The position numbers and the translations under genes are program-made. The notes beneath the pieces were generated by a model that saw only the letters and a program-made list of their open reading frames with translations, was not told the DNA's origin and ran no database searches. This document shows, one piece after another, positions 20,164-31,526 of a DNA stretch of 64,000 bases. This DNA is from Cenarchaeum sp. (GTDB lineage Archaea; Thermoproteota; Nitrososphaeria; Nitrososphaerales; Nitrosopumilaceae): assembly GCA_965242695.1 (NCBI GenBank), contig CBDESU010000002.1, positions 1,088,001 to 1,152,000 on the forward strand, in the 5' to 3' direction. How positions within the stretch are numbered: the stretch's first letter is position 1; each line of letters begins with the position of its first letter.

Positions 20164-22083
20164 ATGGGACTGCCTGACCTGACGGTCGATAGGATCAGGC
20201 GGGTGTGCACGGCGCAGTCGTACGAGCGCGGCGCCAGCTACTACAACTCTGGCCGCATCACGTCCGTGCGGCTGGCCGACGGTGCGGTCAGGGCCATCGT
20301 CGAGGGCACCGACGTGTACAATGTCGAGCTTGCCTGGAATGGCGGGGATGGCAAGTACTACTGCGACTGCCCCTACTCGTACGAGGGAGAGTGCAAGCAT
20401 GTGGTCGCGGTCCTGCTCCATGTCAGGGACCACTCTGCCGAAATGATCCGCGAGGCCAAGAGTGCATTGTTGGCGGCCAAGAGGCTGCTCGACGGGGCCG
20501 GCGAGGGGCGCCTGCGCGAGTTCCTTGCCGTCGAGATGGCCGGCGATCCGGCCCTTGCCGAGAGGTTTGCAAGGGGCGCAGGCGCCCCACTGCCGGCCGC
20601 CGCCGGCCCTGCCGATCCTTCCGAGGAAGATGAAGAGGAAGAAGAGGCGGACGAAGCGGGGGGTGGTAAAGGGCCATCAGAGGGCGCCGCCGTGGACTAC
20701 TTCGACAGGGTCTCGTCCATGTACCGCGCCGAGACGGCCGCCTGGCGAAGGGCCGGCGCCACGGGATGCGACGACTACGGCCACATCGACCTCAAGGGCC
20801 CGATGGGAGAGGCCGCCGCCCTTGCAAGGTCGGGCGACATGGCCGGCGCGTCAAGGGCGTACGGCCAGATCGCCTCGGCCGTGTCCGACTACATAGACGA
20901 GGTGATCGGCAGCCATGGCCCCCACCTCCGCGCGGCCCGAACCGCAATTGCAAGGTGGGCTACGTGCATGGACAAGAGCGGCCCCACGGACGACGAGCGC
21001 CGCGAGTGCGTATCCGACGCGCTTTCCGGCTACCGCGGCGACGCCCGCTTCTCGGCCGCCTACGAGTCGGCCTTGTGGTCGCTGTGCAGGTCCGACGGCG
21101 ACCTTGTCCACCTGCTCGACCTGGTCGCGCCGCACATGCCGGATCCCATCCCGGCCGACGGGAGCGAGGGGGCCGGCTCGCGCCGCGTCAAGAGGGTCAC
21201 GGGGCCCCTCCGCAGGCGCCGCCGCGATCTCATCGAGCAAGAGTCCCCCGAGCGCATCCGCATGCTGCGCATCCAGGTCGGGGCCCTAGAGAGGCTCGGC
21301 CGCAAGAGGGACATCGACCGGCTCTTGAAGGAGCACGGAAGGGCGGACCCGGCCGCATGCGCGATGCGGGTGGGGCGCCTGGCCGGGTCCGGCGACAAGG
21401 CGGGGGCGGTGCGCGCCGCCGACAAGGGACTCGACCTGTTCGGCAACGACGAGCGGATCATGGCAGCCGCCGAGGCCGTGTACGGCGGGCGCGAGGCCGG
21501 CCGCGTGCCCGTCCTGTCGGGGCTGTTCATGCGCACGCTCGACTGGTCGTACTACGACAAGCTCCGCGGGCTGCCGGGATGGCGGCGCGAGCGCGCCGCC
21601 GTCCTCGAGTGGCTGTCTAGCGACGAGGATAGGTACGAAATGCTCGTCAGGATGCTCGTCAGCGAGGGCATGCACGGCAGGGCGCTGCGCGAGATTGCAG
21701 AGGGCGACGATGCGGCGCTGTTCGCAGAGTACGCCGAGGCCGTTGCCGCCGGCCGCCCCCGCGCGTACCTTGCCGCGTACGGGAGATGCGTCGCGGGGCT
21801 TGCGGACAGCGCCCGCTCAAGCTGGGACTATTCGCGCGTAGCGCAGCACCTCAAGCACATGTCCGGCATCGAGGGCGGCAGGGAGGCGGCGGCCCGCATC
21901 GCCGCCGACATAGTGGCAAGGAACCCGAGCAAGCGGGCGCACCTCAAGGCGCTTGCGCCGTACGTCAAGAGGGCGAGTGCAAGGACGAGCGCGGCGGCTG
22001 CGCGTTCAGGCGGCGGATCCCGGGCGGGCGGGCCTCGCGCCGCCCGCGGACGCGCGCGGCCGGCATCTTCTCGGAAGCGCTGA
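20164..22083 (+). CDS. SWIM zinc-finger domain protein
   Basis: SYERGASYY..G.I, then YCDCPY....CKHVVAVLL, followed by helical repeats; ATG 20164 lies behind TTTAT. Confidence 0.88.
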   Translation: MGLPDLTVDRIRRVCTAQSYERGASYYNSGRITSVRLADGAVRAIVEGTDVYNVELAWNGGDGKYYCDCPYSYEGECKHVVAVLLHVRDHSAEMIREAKSALLAAKRLLDGAGEGRLREFLAVEMAGDPALAERFARGAGAPLPAAAGPADPSEEDEEEEEADEAGGGKGPSEGAAVDYFDRVSSMYRAETAAWRRAGATGCDDYGHIDLKGPMGEAAALARSGDMAGASRAYGQIASAVSDYIDEVIGSHGPHLRAARTAIARWATCMDKSGPTDDERRECVSDALSGYRGDARFSAAYESALWSLCRSDGDLVHLLDLVAPHMPDPIPADGSEGAGSRRVKRVTGPLRRRRRDLIEQESPERIRMLRIQVGALERLGRKRDIDRLLKEHGRADPAACAMRVGRLAGSGDKAGAVRAADKGLDLFGNDERIMAAAEAVYGGREAGRVPVLSGLFMRTLDWSYYDKLRGLPGWRRERAAVLEWLSSDEDRYEMLVRMLVSEGMHGRALREIAEGDDAALFAEYAEAVAAGRPRAYLAAYGRCVAGLADSARSSWDYSRVAQHLKHMSGIEGGREAAARIAADIVARNPSKRAHLKALAPYVKRASARTSAAAARSGGGSRAGGPRAARGRARPASSRKR

Positions 22084-22131
22084 TCGCGCCTCTGCCCGCC
22101 CGATTAAATAGCGCCGCCTGGCCGGCGTTCC

Positions 22132-23229
22132 ATGGGCGAGTCCGAACCCGGCGGCTCCGCGACGCCCCGCGCCGGCCTGCTGACGGTGCGGTGGGAGGAC
22201 GATGGCGGCCGCGTCGTAATGGTAGACCAGACGCGCCTGCCAGGCGAGCTCGTGCTGGTCACGTACGACACGCACGAGCAGGTGGCCGACGCGATACGGC
22301 GCCTCGTGGTGCGCGGAGCGCCGGCGATCGGCGTGTCCGGAGCGTTCGGTCTGGCGCTTGCCGCCTGCAGGAGCAATGCGGAAACGGCAGGGCGCATGGT
22401 CGAGGACCTGGAAAGGGCCGCTGCCGTGCTCGTCGCCACGCGGCCGACGGCCGTCAACCTAAAGTGGGCGCTAGACCGCGTCATGCGGGCGGCCAGGTCC
22501 GCGGCATCGGGCCCGTCCGCCGCGCCCGGTTCGGTGCGGGATGCCGCCGTGTCCGAGGCGCGCGCAATGGCCGACGAGGACGTGCGCACCAACCGTACCC
22601 TCGGCGCCAACGGGGCCGCGCTGCTCGGCGACGGCGAGACCGTAATGACGCACTGCAACGCCGGCGCGCTCGCGACTGTCGCGTACGGGACGGCGCTCGG
22701 CGTCATCCGGGCCGCCCGCGACGGCGGCAAGGGCGTGCGCGTCATTGCCACCGAGACGCGCCCCGTCCAGCAGGGCTCTAGGCTCACGGCGTTCGAGCTC
22801 CGGCACGACGGCATAGACATCAGCCTCATACCCGACACGGCCGTCGGGTACGCGATGTCGCGGGGGATGGTCGACCGCGTCGTCGTCGGCGCCGACCGCG
22901 TCCTGCGCACGGGCCACGTGTACAACAAGATCGGCACGTACCAGGTCGCCGCCATGGCGCGGCGGCACGGCGTGCCGTTCTACGTGGCAGCCCCGCTCTC
23001 GACGTTCGACATGGACAGCTCGCCGGCCGACGTCGTCATCGAGCAGCGCCCCGCGGACGAGGTCACGGGGACGGCCGGGCGCCGCACGGCGCCCGACGGC
23101 ATCGGCGTCATCAACCCAGCATTCGACGAGACGCCGCCCGAGCTCGTCTCGGCCATCATAACCGAGGCCGGCGTGGCCGAGCCGCCGTACGATGCGAGCA
23201 TACCGGGGTTATTCAAAGCTAATCTTTAG
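22132..23229 (+). CDS. mtnA: S-methyl-5-thioribose-1-phosphate isomerase
   Basis: Motifs VRGAPAIG, RPTAVNL, THCNAGALAT, ETRP..QG.RLT, GADR, NKIGTY and NPAFD.TP. Confidence 0.95.
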   Translation: MGESEPGGSATPRAGLLTVRWEDDGGRVVMVDQTRLPGELVLVTYDTHEQVADAIRRLVVRGAPAIGVSGAFGLALAACRSNAETAGRMVEDLERAAAVLVATRPTAVNLKWALDRVMRAARSAASGPSAAPGSVRDAAVSEARAMADEDVRTNRTLGANGAALLGDGETVMTHCNAGALATVAYGTALGVIRAARDGGKGVRVIATETRPVQQGSRLTAFELRHDGIDISLIPDTAVGYAMSRGMVDRVVVGADRVLRTGHVYNKIGTYQVAAMARRHGVPFYVAAPLSTFDMDSSPADVVIEQRPADEVTGTAGRRTAPDGIGVINPAFDETPPELVSAIITEAGVAEPPYDASIPGLFKANL

Positions 23230-23264
23230 AAGGTATTTAACGACTGCCCGGGGCCGCCGGCCCG

Positions 23265-23957
23265 ATGGGAACCGTCAAGGCGGAGGCGGTAATGGACTCG
23301 CTGCGCTCCTGCATGGATCCAGAGGTGCCGATCAACATCGTCGACATGGGCCTCGTGTACGGCGTCGACGTGGCCGACAACGACGACGTGAACATTAGAA
23401 TGACCATGACGACGCGGGGGTGCCCCCTCCACGACACGCTCGTCTCGGACGTGACGCGCTACGCAAAGAAGGTGCCGGGCGTGAACGGCGTAAGGGTCGA
23501 CATCGTGTGGGACCCGCCGTGGACCATGGACAAGCTCTCGGACGAGGCACGCCGGACGCTCGACAAGATGCGCTCGGCGATGGCCGGCCCGCTCAACACG
23601 CCGGCGCCCATAGACTACGAGACGGCCACGCCGCAGGGCGTCGGCAAGATCGTAAAGCAGGAGGACGGCTCGATGGTTCTCGCCAACGAGCACGACCAGG
23701 GGTTCATGGTGAACCAGGCGATCGTCGACTTTTGGAGGTCGTGCAACGGGCAGCGCAAGATCACCGAGCTCGTCGGCATGTTTGCGCAGCAGACGGGCAT
23801 GCAGCGCGGACAGGTCGAAAAGGAGGTGCTGCAGCTGGTCAACCAGCTGCGCGACGGCGGGCTGCTTGTGATACCGAGTGCAGGGAGTGAACCCGTAGAC
23901 GCAGTTGCTGGTTCGTATCCGCCCAATACCCCAAACGTTGAGTTTAAACGTAAGTAG
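23265..23957 (+). CDS. DUF59/SufT Fe-S assembly factor fused to a PqqD-like C-terminal domain
   Basis: Motifs DPEVPINIVDMGLVY, TTRGCP and WDPPWT; C-terminal VN....FW..CNG...I.EL...F. Confidence 0.88.
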   Translation: MGTVKAEAVMDSLRSCMDPEVPINIVDMGLVYGVDVADNDDVNIRMTMTTRGCPLHDTLVSDVTRYAKKVPGVNGVRVDIVWDPPWTMDKLSDEARRTLDKMRSAMAGPLNTPAPIDYETATPQGVGKIVKQEDGSMVLANEHDQGFMVNQAIVDFWRSCNGQRKITELVGMFAQQTGMQRGQVEKEVLQLVNQLRDGGLLVIPSAGSEPVDAVAGSYPPNTPNVEFKRK

Positions 23958-23971
23958 AGTGGTGACTCACG

Positions 23972-26900
23972 ATGTCTACCGCTAGCGATGCAGGGTTAAC
24001 ATTTGATAAACTACTTGCCACAATCCGTAGTGAACCTAACAAGTCAAAAAGAGGCACTAAATTTGAAGAGTTGGTGGTAAACTTTTTTAAAAAAGACACT
24101 ACTTATAAAAACTATTTCTCGACAGTGTGGTGGTTTAAAGACTGGCCTGAGCGAAATCGCCGTGACACGGGTATTGACATTGTCGGTCAAATTGCTGATA
24201 CAGGAGAATATGTAGGAATACAATGTAAATGCTATGACGATAACACGCCGTTAGATTATGCCGGAGTGACAAAATTTCTTACAGCATGCAAGAGCTATGG
24301 TATATCTAAATATATTTATGCATGCACAAGTGATAAAATCACACCTGAATCCGAACGGACGATACGCGAAAACAAGATTGCCCTGTTAAACAAATCTAGC
24401 TTTCGTAAATGTTCAATCAAAAACTGGAGCTCACACTTTGACAAGATAATCGTCACGGAACCCAAAGCGCTTAGGCGTGATCAAGAAAAGGTCTGCAGTG
24501 ATGTCATAAATGGTTTCAAAAGTCACTCTCGTGGAAAGCTCTTGATGGCATGCGGTACGGGTAAAACTATTACCTCGCTCAGAATTGCTGAAAAATTAGA
24601 GTGCAAGACGGTGTTGTACTTGGTACCGTCCATATCACTCATACAGCAGACAATGAGAGAGTGGTCGGATAATTCTCTTGGCAAGTATCAATACATCGCT
24701 GTTTGTTCTGACGATTCTGCTGGACGTGATGAGGGAGGACAAATCTATGAGCTTGAACGCCCTCCATCCACCAACGCAGCCAGTTTCATTGAGCAACTCT
24801 CAAGACGTGATTTGTATGACATGTGCGTCATTTTTTCTACGTACCAGTCAATTGATATCGTGGCTTCTGGCCTTGACAAACTCGGGGGGGGGGGGGCGCG
24901 GCTGGCGAAAAGACACAAATTGATCTAATACTTTGTGATGAAGCACACAAGACTGCCACCAAGATACATTCCAGCGCAAACAATACGACAAAGTATGTTG
25001 GCTACTATGGTAAAATCCATGATGATGAATTCATTGCAGGCAAAAGGCGCCTTTACATGACTGCCACCCCAAAAATTTACGAAAGCAATAATAAAGACGT
25101 ATATTCAATGAACGACGAAGAAGTGTTTGGCCCCACGTTCAGCATCATATCATTTTATGATGCCGTTCATGGCAAAGAACGTATACTGTCTGACTTTAAG
25201 GTTAAGATAGCTATTTTGCCCGAAGATCGACTTCCTCAATACTTGGGAATTGTTGAGAGCCTGCGTGATCCGAACACTCCTGAAAATACAAAACTTAAAG
25301 CGAAATTGTTAGAACATAAGGCAAAATGTGCGGCCGCGTGGCATGGTATACTAAAACCTGGCGATGATCCGCTAATGAACAAGCCACTTCAAAAAGTTAT
25401 CGTCTTTACCAACACTATTGAAAAATCAAAGGTGTTTGCAGGTGCCATTGAAAAAAAAGAACATGGAAGTTTCACTGCAATCGCAAGTGAGTATAATGCA
25501 CACTATAGGATTCCACAATTGTCCTCTATAAAACACATTGACGGCACAATGTTATCATACCAACGTCGCCTTGGTTTAGATTGGCTAGATCAAAGCAGTG
25601 ATCACCCGAACGAAACTCGCATCATTTCCAATGCAAAGTGTCTATCAGAGGGAGTTGACGTGCCGAGCCTTGATGGGGTAATTTTTATGGAGCCCAAACG
25701 ATCGACAGTTGACGTTGTTCAATCTGTGGGCCGGGTCATGCGTACTGCACCAGATAAAGATTTTGGTTATGTAATATTGCCTGTCGTTGTACCTGGTGGT
25801 TCTTCAGCTGACGAAATACTCAAAAATAGCAGCTTCGCGCATGTGTGGGAAGTGTTAAACGCACTCCGTTCTCATGATCCTAGATTAATTGCCGAACTTA
25901 GCTCTGCTGGATTGGTACGCGATCCCTCTTCACGCAACGGAACCGGCACTCCTCGCATCCAAGTAGATTTTTTGGGCATTGATCCACAAAAGGAAGCACA
26001 ACTATACGCCGACCTTACTTTGGCGATGCGCTCAAAGCTCGTCAAAAAAGTTGGAACTATCGACTATGTTCAAAAGTATGGGGCCAAATTAGGTGCCTAT
26101 GCCAAAAAAATCAAAGATTATATCGATGTTCAGTACAGTAAAAATTCGAACACGATGAAAACAATGGATAAATTTCATCATGATATGAAATTACTGATAA
26201 ATTCTAGCGTGACAATTAATGACTCAATTAAAATGATATCACAACATGTCATATTAAAACATGTTTTCGATGCACTATTTTATGATGATTTTGCTAGTGA
26301 AAACCCCGTGTCTAAAAAACTTGACTCTGTACTAAAATCTTTAAATCTTGGAAATGTCCTTGCCGGCCTTGGAGACTTTTATGAAGATGTGCGGCGTGAA
26401 ACGGAAGTAATTAATAATTCACCTGATGAAGATGAAAAGCATGTGCGACGGCAAGAATTCATGAGGCGTATATATGAAAGCTTCATAACTAGTTCTGATA
26501 AAAAAACATCCATAGAAAAAGGCATTGTCTATACACCTGTCGAAATAGCAGATTTTATTATTAATAGTGTTCAACACTTATTAAAAACAAGAATTAAAAA
26601 AACACTTGGCCAGTATGATGTACAAATACTTGAGCCATTTGCAGGCACCGGTACATTCTTAACAAGATCAATTGACTTGGGACTATTAGACAGGTCGTTG
26701 CCTCAAAAATACTTTACTAGCATGCATGCAAATGAAATTGTACTACTTGCATATTACATTGCGGCAGTCAACATGGAAACCGTCTATGCACGGCGTATGA
26801 AAAAGCTTGGCCAAAAAGTTAAATACTCACCATTTCCCAATATTAACTACACAGATACATTAAAACAGAATCCTCGTGAACATCTTGTTGGATCGGTTGC

Positions 26901-28698
26901 ATTAACACAATACATGGATGATGATTATGTTCAAAACCTCCTTAATAAAATACAACGTCAAAACCTCCAGTGCGTAGAGGTTATCATTGGGAACCCTCCC
27001 TGGGGTGTTGCCCCTAAAGACAAAAAAAGACAAAATGCTCCCACCCGTGCACGAATGCCATACGATGTTCAAGCTCGCATAAATGAGACGTATAGAACGA
27101 AGACTACTGTTGGTGCAAAGAAACTTCATGAATGGTACATCCGTGCTCTGCGGTGGGCATCAGACCGAATTGGGAAATGTGGTATAATTGGATTTGTAAT
27201 AAACGGCAGCCTTGTCACTGCGCCCTCTTTTGCCGGTGTTCGTTTTTTCTTGCATCAAGAATTCGATGAAATACTATACATTGATCTCCGTGGAAAAAAA
27301 GGTAGAAATGGTGACGGGCGTAACATATTTGAATATCCGGGTGTAGGCACTGGTGGGACCACATCGGGTGTTGGATTATTGTTTTTAATAAAAAAACCTG
27401 GCATACACAATTCTAAAAAACACATTTGGTATTATCAGTTAGATGACAAATATAATTCTGGACAGGCCAAACGTGAATTTCTAAAGAAAACAAAGTCGCT
27501 TAAATCGATAACTGATTGGGTAGAGGTCATACCCAATGATAACAATGATTGGTTAGACAAAAGCGATGACACACAATTTTTATCCTACATGCCGATTGAT
27601 ACTTCAAAGGAACGACGTGGGATTTTTATACATAGTAAAAACGGTGTTGTCACTAGTCAAGATGAGTGGGTCTATAATATTTCTAAAACAAATTTAATTA
27701 AAAACATGAAGAATTATATCGAATATATGAATGAAAACATCTATACACCTAATTTCAAAGACGATCATAATCCTAAACGCGGTAAATGGACACGCGATAC
27801 AATTAGTAGATTACGTAATCATGGTATGCAAACTTTTCAAACAAAAAAAATTAGGCCAGCACTATATAGGCCCTTTTTCACTCAATATCTTTATTTTGAC
27901 TGGATATTCAACGCTAGCTGGAACGTAAATGAAATTTTGCCTCGCTCCAGCACTGAAAACAAGATCATCCTGGTTTCATGGGGGGCCGATCTAGATCTTT
28001 CTGTACTAATGACAAACCTTACTCCTGATCTGCACGTTCTTGGCACAAACAAGTGCTTTCCGTTGTACTATTATCAAAATAACACAAAAATTAATAATAT
28101 TGATAACTCTGCACTAGTTGATTTTCAAGATTATTATTCTGATAAAACGATTAGTAGTGATGATATTTTTTATTATGTATATGGAATTTTACACCACCGA
28201 CAGTATCAAGCTACATTTAGAAATAGCTTAAAAAAATATTTGCCGCATATACCATTTGCATCTGATTACAAATCATTTTCATTGATTTCAGAAGTTGGTA
28301 GACAGTTGTCTCATTTGCATCTAAATTTTGACAATCTGAAAACTATCTTACCAGAAGTCATTGTAAACCCGATCACAAATATAAAGAAACCTATTAAAAA
28401 TATTAAATTTGCTGATGATCGCATCCACGCTGAATCCACATTACTAATAAATGGCGATGTTGTCTATGATAATTTACCTAAAGTTACTTATACACTTAAT
28501 GGCCGAACACCGCTAGGGTGGTTCGTTGATCGATGTAGAGAATATCAAAGACCGTATAAAAAATCTGGACTATCTAATCCTATTTTTGAAAATATAACGA
28601 ATGATAGTTTGATGACTCATATAAGACGACTACTACATGTGGGCATTATGACCGAGCGTCATATTGATAAGTTACCAATGGACTTCCTAACTACTTAA
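23972..28698 (+). pseudogene. Type ISP restriction-modification enzyme (Mrr-like nuclease, SF2 helicase, N6-adenine methyltransferase, TRD), frameshifted at a G13 tract
   Basis: ORF1 has GIDIV...IQCK and MACGTGKT. The -1 frame after 24896 gives IDLILCDEAHKT and runs into 25057..28698 (MTATP, EGVDVP, QSVGRVMR, ILEPFAGTGTF, IIGNPPW). The gene is strongly AT-rich. Confidence 0.92.
24884..24896 (+). repeat. G13 homopolymer at the frameshift (candidate phase-variation tract)
   Basis: G11 or G14 would restore a single frame of about 1575 aa. Confidence 0.9.
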
Positions 28699-28759
28699 CC
28701 TATGAACCTAAGACGTAAAGCCCGTTACGGGCACAAAGATCTGGAAGTCTGTTCATATT

Positions 28760-30341
28760 AGAAGGTAGTCATAAACCCCCCTCAGGCGTGACGGGCCCCC
28801 GCGTAGGTCAACAATATTAGGCCATCCGCGTGCGAAAATTGACAACCGGGGTGCTGTATTCCGGCGGCAGACAGGGTGACGTTGGGAACCAAGCAAGAGC
28901 TAGTAGAGGTGGCCGAGGGCTTTTTCGAAAAGGGCCACGACAAGCGCAAGGTCCGGAGTATCGGCGAGTGGCGGCAGGCGGCCCACGACGAAATGATGGA
29001 GGGGCTGCCGGACGGAATGGCCGTGAACAGGTGCACCACTTCCGAGCTGTGCCGCACCCTGCTCGACCGCATGATTGCCGACGACGCGCAGCTGAGGAAG
29101 CTCACGCTCATGGATCCCGTCCTCTTCTTCTACGCAGTGGCCATGGTGGAGGAGATATTCGAGCGAGAGCGGGGGATCCTCCTGTTCGAGGACGACGAGG
29201 GGCGGAGCCGCGATCCGGGCCGCCGCGCAAGGCTCCTGCCCAGGCACATAATCCTGCTGTACCTCTGGTACGCCAAGACGAACGCCTCCCAGGACAGCAT
29301 TGCCATCCAGATGGGGATCGGGCAGAAGACTGCGAGCCGCTACATAGCGATCGCCAAGGATGTGCTGTCCCGGACGCTCCCGACGCCGCGCAAGTACGAC
29401 GAGCACATCCAGAGGCAGACCGCCATGCGCGAGATGAAAAAGTACCTGCCGGGGCCGGGCCGCGGCACGTGCATCGAGGACGGCAGGCTCAACAGGATGC
29501 AGCGGCCGGGGCAGAGGGGCCCGCGCGACAGGTCGTACAGCGGGCGCAGAAAGGCCTGCATGGGCAACACGCTGGGCAGGTTCAACGCCCGCGGCGAGAT
29601 GGTCTCGGCGAGCCCGACCGACAGGGGCACGCTCAACGACGTCACCATGGCGAGGAAGTACCGCCTGAACCTGGGCATAGCCACGCAATACCTGCACGAT
29701 CCGCACGCGGCGCCGAAGGACCGCGTTCGCCGCATCGAGGACACGGGGTTCGCCGGCATCGAGACGGAGGAGCCCGGCGTCGTCTACGGAAGGACGGTCG
29801 GGTACAAGGCGTACCAGAAGCTCGACGACGAGGGCAAGGCCAGGAACCGGGACATCGCGAGAAGAAGGCTGCCCTCGGAGTGGTTCTTTGGGCGCATCAG
29901 CCGCTACGCCCGGATGCGCGATCCGTATGCCGGGACATACAGCGAGTACAGCGACGAGCACAATGTGGTCTGCGGCGTGGTGAACCTGCACCTCATGGCG
30001 GGCGGCGTGCGGGAGGGATCCGGCCACCCGAAGAAGCCCGAGTCCGGGCGGCAGCGCAGGCATCGGCGGGACCTGGAGGCGGACGAAGGGGCGATCGACA
30101 GAGTGGCAGCCGACTCAAGGCGGCTCGTGGAGCACGGCGGATTTATCGCCAGCTAAAGATCGGCGGCAGTGCCTTTCAGGAACGGAAGAGATGGCAAAGG
30201 CAGCCGACTTGAATCCCTTGCACTTCCGCAACACATGAACCTTTCAAGATCGGCGCCGTATTTTCTCACTGCGCTCCGTCGAATTTCGTCAAGTCCGAGG
30301 TTCTGCCCAACGGGGGGGGGGGGGGTTTATGACTACCTTCT
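28760..30341. mobile_element. IS5-family (ISL2/Harbinger-like) insertion sequence
   Basis: Perfect 22-bp TIR AGAAGGTAGTCATAAACCCCCC. TSD is ATT (28757-28759 / 30342-30344), or TA if both ends are drawn 1 bp inward. Confidence 0.9.
28876..30156 (+). CDS. DDE_Tnp_4-like transposase
   Basis: HTH (SQDSIAIQMGIGQKTASRYI), EDG, RP...YSGRRK, G..ND, DTGF.G and N......R...E.FFGRI. Confidence 0.85.
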   Translation: MTLGTKQELVEVAEGFFEKGHDKRKVRSIGEWRQAAHDEMMEGLPDGMAVNRCTTSELCRTLLDRMIADDAQLRKLTLMDPVLFFYAVAMVEEIFERERGILLFEDDEGRSRDPGRRARLLPRHIILLYLWYAKTNASQDSIAIQMGIGQKTASRYIAIAKDVLSRTLPTPRKYDEHIQRQTAMREMKKYLPGPGRGTCIEDGRLNRMQRPGQRGPRDRSYSGRRKACMGNTLGRFNARGEMVSASPTDRGTLNDVTMARKYRLNLGIATQYLHDPHAAPKDRVRRIEDTGFAGIETEEPGVVYGRTVGYKAYQKLDDEGKARNRDIARRRLPSEWFFGRISRYARMRDPYAGTYSEYSDEHNVVCGVVNLHLMAGGVREGSGHPKKPESGRQRRHRRDLEADEGAIDRVAADSRRLVEHGGFIAS

Positions 30342-30766
30342 ATTGCCTCCGCATGCGTGGTAGATGGTGGGGAGGCGCGCAGGCAAAGGTTCCAACCCTT
30401 ACGCGGAGCAAGCCATGACGTCGACCAATATTTCGACACCTCTCAAACCTGATCAACGGCGTGTTGTTCTCTATTCGAAAGATTGTCTCTCGGTACAATT
30501 GAAGTTGATCATGCCGCATGCACTGCGCGACACCAGGCATGTGACACAGCATGCATGTTCCTAGATAACCTTTGTATGGGGCGTCCTTTTTTAATTTTTT
30601 CACCCTATGATGAGTGTGTATGTGGTTGAGGTGTTGAGGCTTTCCGTGATCGCGTACTTCGAAATGCGCCCATGCTTAGATTTTTATTACTTCATACATT
30701 CCTCGTGTGTAAAGATGTGGATTAAGCTTTTTGATGCAAATATGGCGAAGTGGCTCAAGTGATGGG

Positions 30767-30832
30767 CCCTGCACCACATCAGCCCAGGTAAATCGCCGAC
30801 AACCGTCAGCCCTAAGGGTTCGGATACAGGGT
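30767..30832 (-). ncRNA. Putative structured small RNA, copy 1
   Basis: ACCCUGUAUCCGAACCCUUAGGG-hairpin-CGAUUUACCUGGGCUGAUGUGGUGCAGGG. The terminal stem is closed with G-U pairs on this strand. TTAAATA begins 28 nt upstream (30860-30854). Confidence 0.6.
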
Positions 30833-31311
30833 GGCTGTGGGCCACCACAATAGTATTTAAGAATATGCCGCCTTCAGGCGCCCCGTGGCCGTCGCCATTG
30901 CGCCTGCGCCGCCTGTAGAGCCTGCCGCCTGCCCTATTTCGTACGTTGCGCGGCATGTCGGGGCCGCTACTTCGCTACACCTGCCCTGCGGTCCACATGC
31001 CGATCATTGGCCGGCAAAAGGATGGTGGGGCGCCACCGGGACCGGAGGATGCCTTTCCACCCGTCACGTCCTCTGGTGGTGAGGCCTAGAGTGGCATCAG
31101 CCGGTGATTGGAGGGATCTGGCGGCTACGCCGAGTGCGACACGCGCTTGGTTCATCTGGCGGTGAGAGTCCGATGCACCGTGTGCCGCAACGGTTGCTGG
31201 AGTACCGGCGCCCGCAGATGCATCTGCTCCCACGATGAACATCGGCCATGGAGCGTCCGGCGCCCCGTGGCCCCGCAACCGTGATATACCCGCATGCGGC
31301 GTGGCCCAGTC

Positions 31312-31515
31312 GTGGACGACGAAGACAGGCGGTGGATCGAGGAATACGAGGCCCGTCGCCACGATCCCTGGTCACTCTCCAAGAAATCGCTGATTCGAAT
31401 CGCACAGGCGATGAGCGCTCGCATTGACGAGCTTACTGACACACAAAGATCGCCAGAGGGCGAGGAGATTATCAAGGATGACCCTGTCGTAGAAGACGGC
31501 GAAGTATACATGTGA
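31312..31515 (+). CDS. Small acidic helical hypothetical protein, first gene of a two-gene operon
   Basis: GTG 31312 (or ATG 31294) near an ATATA box; its stop abuts the next gene. Confidence 0.55.
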   Translation: MDDEDRRWIEEYEARRHDPWSLSKKSLIRIAQAMSARIDELTDTQRSPEGEEIIKDDPVVEDGEVYM

Positions 31516-31526
31516 GGCGAGCAGGC

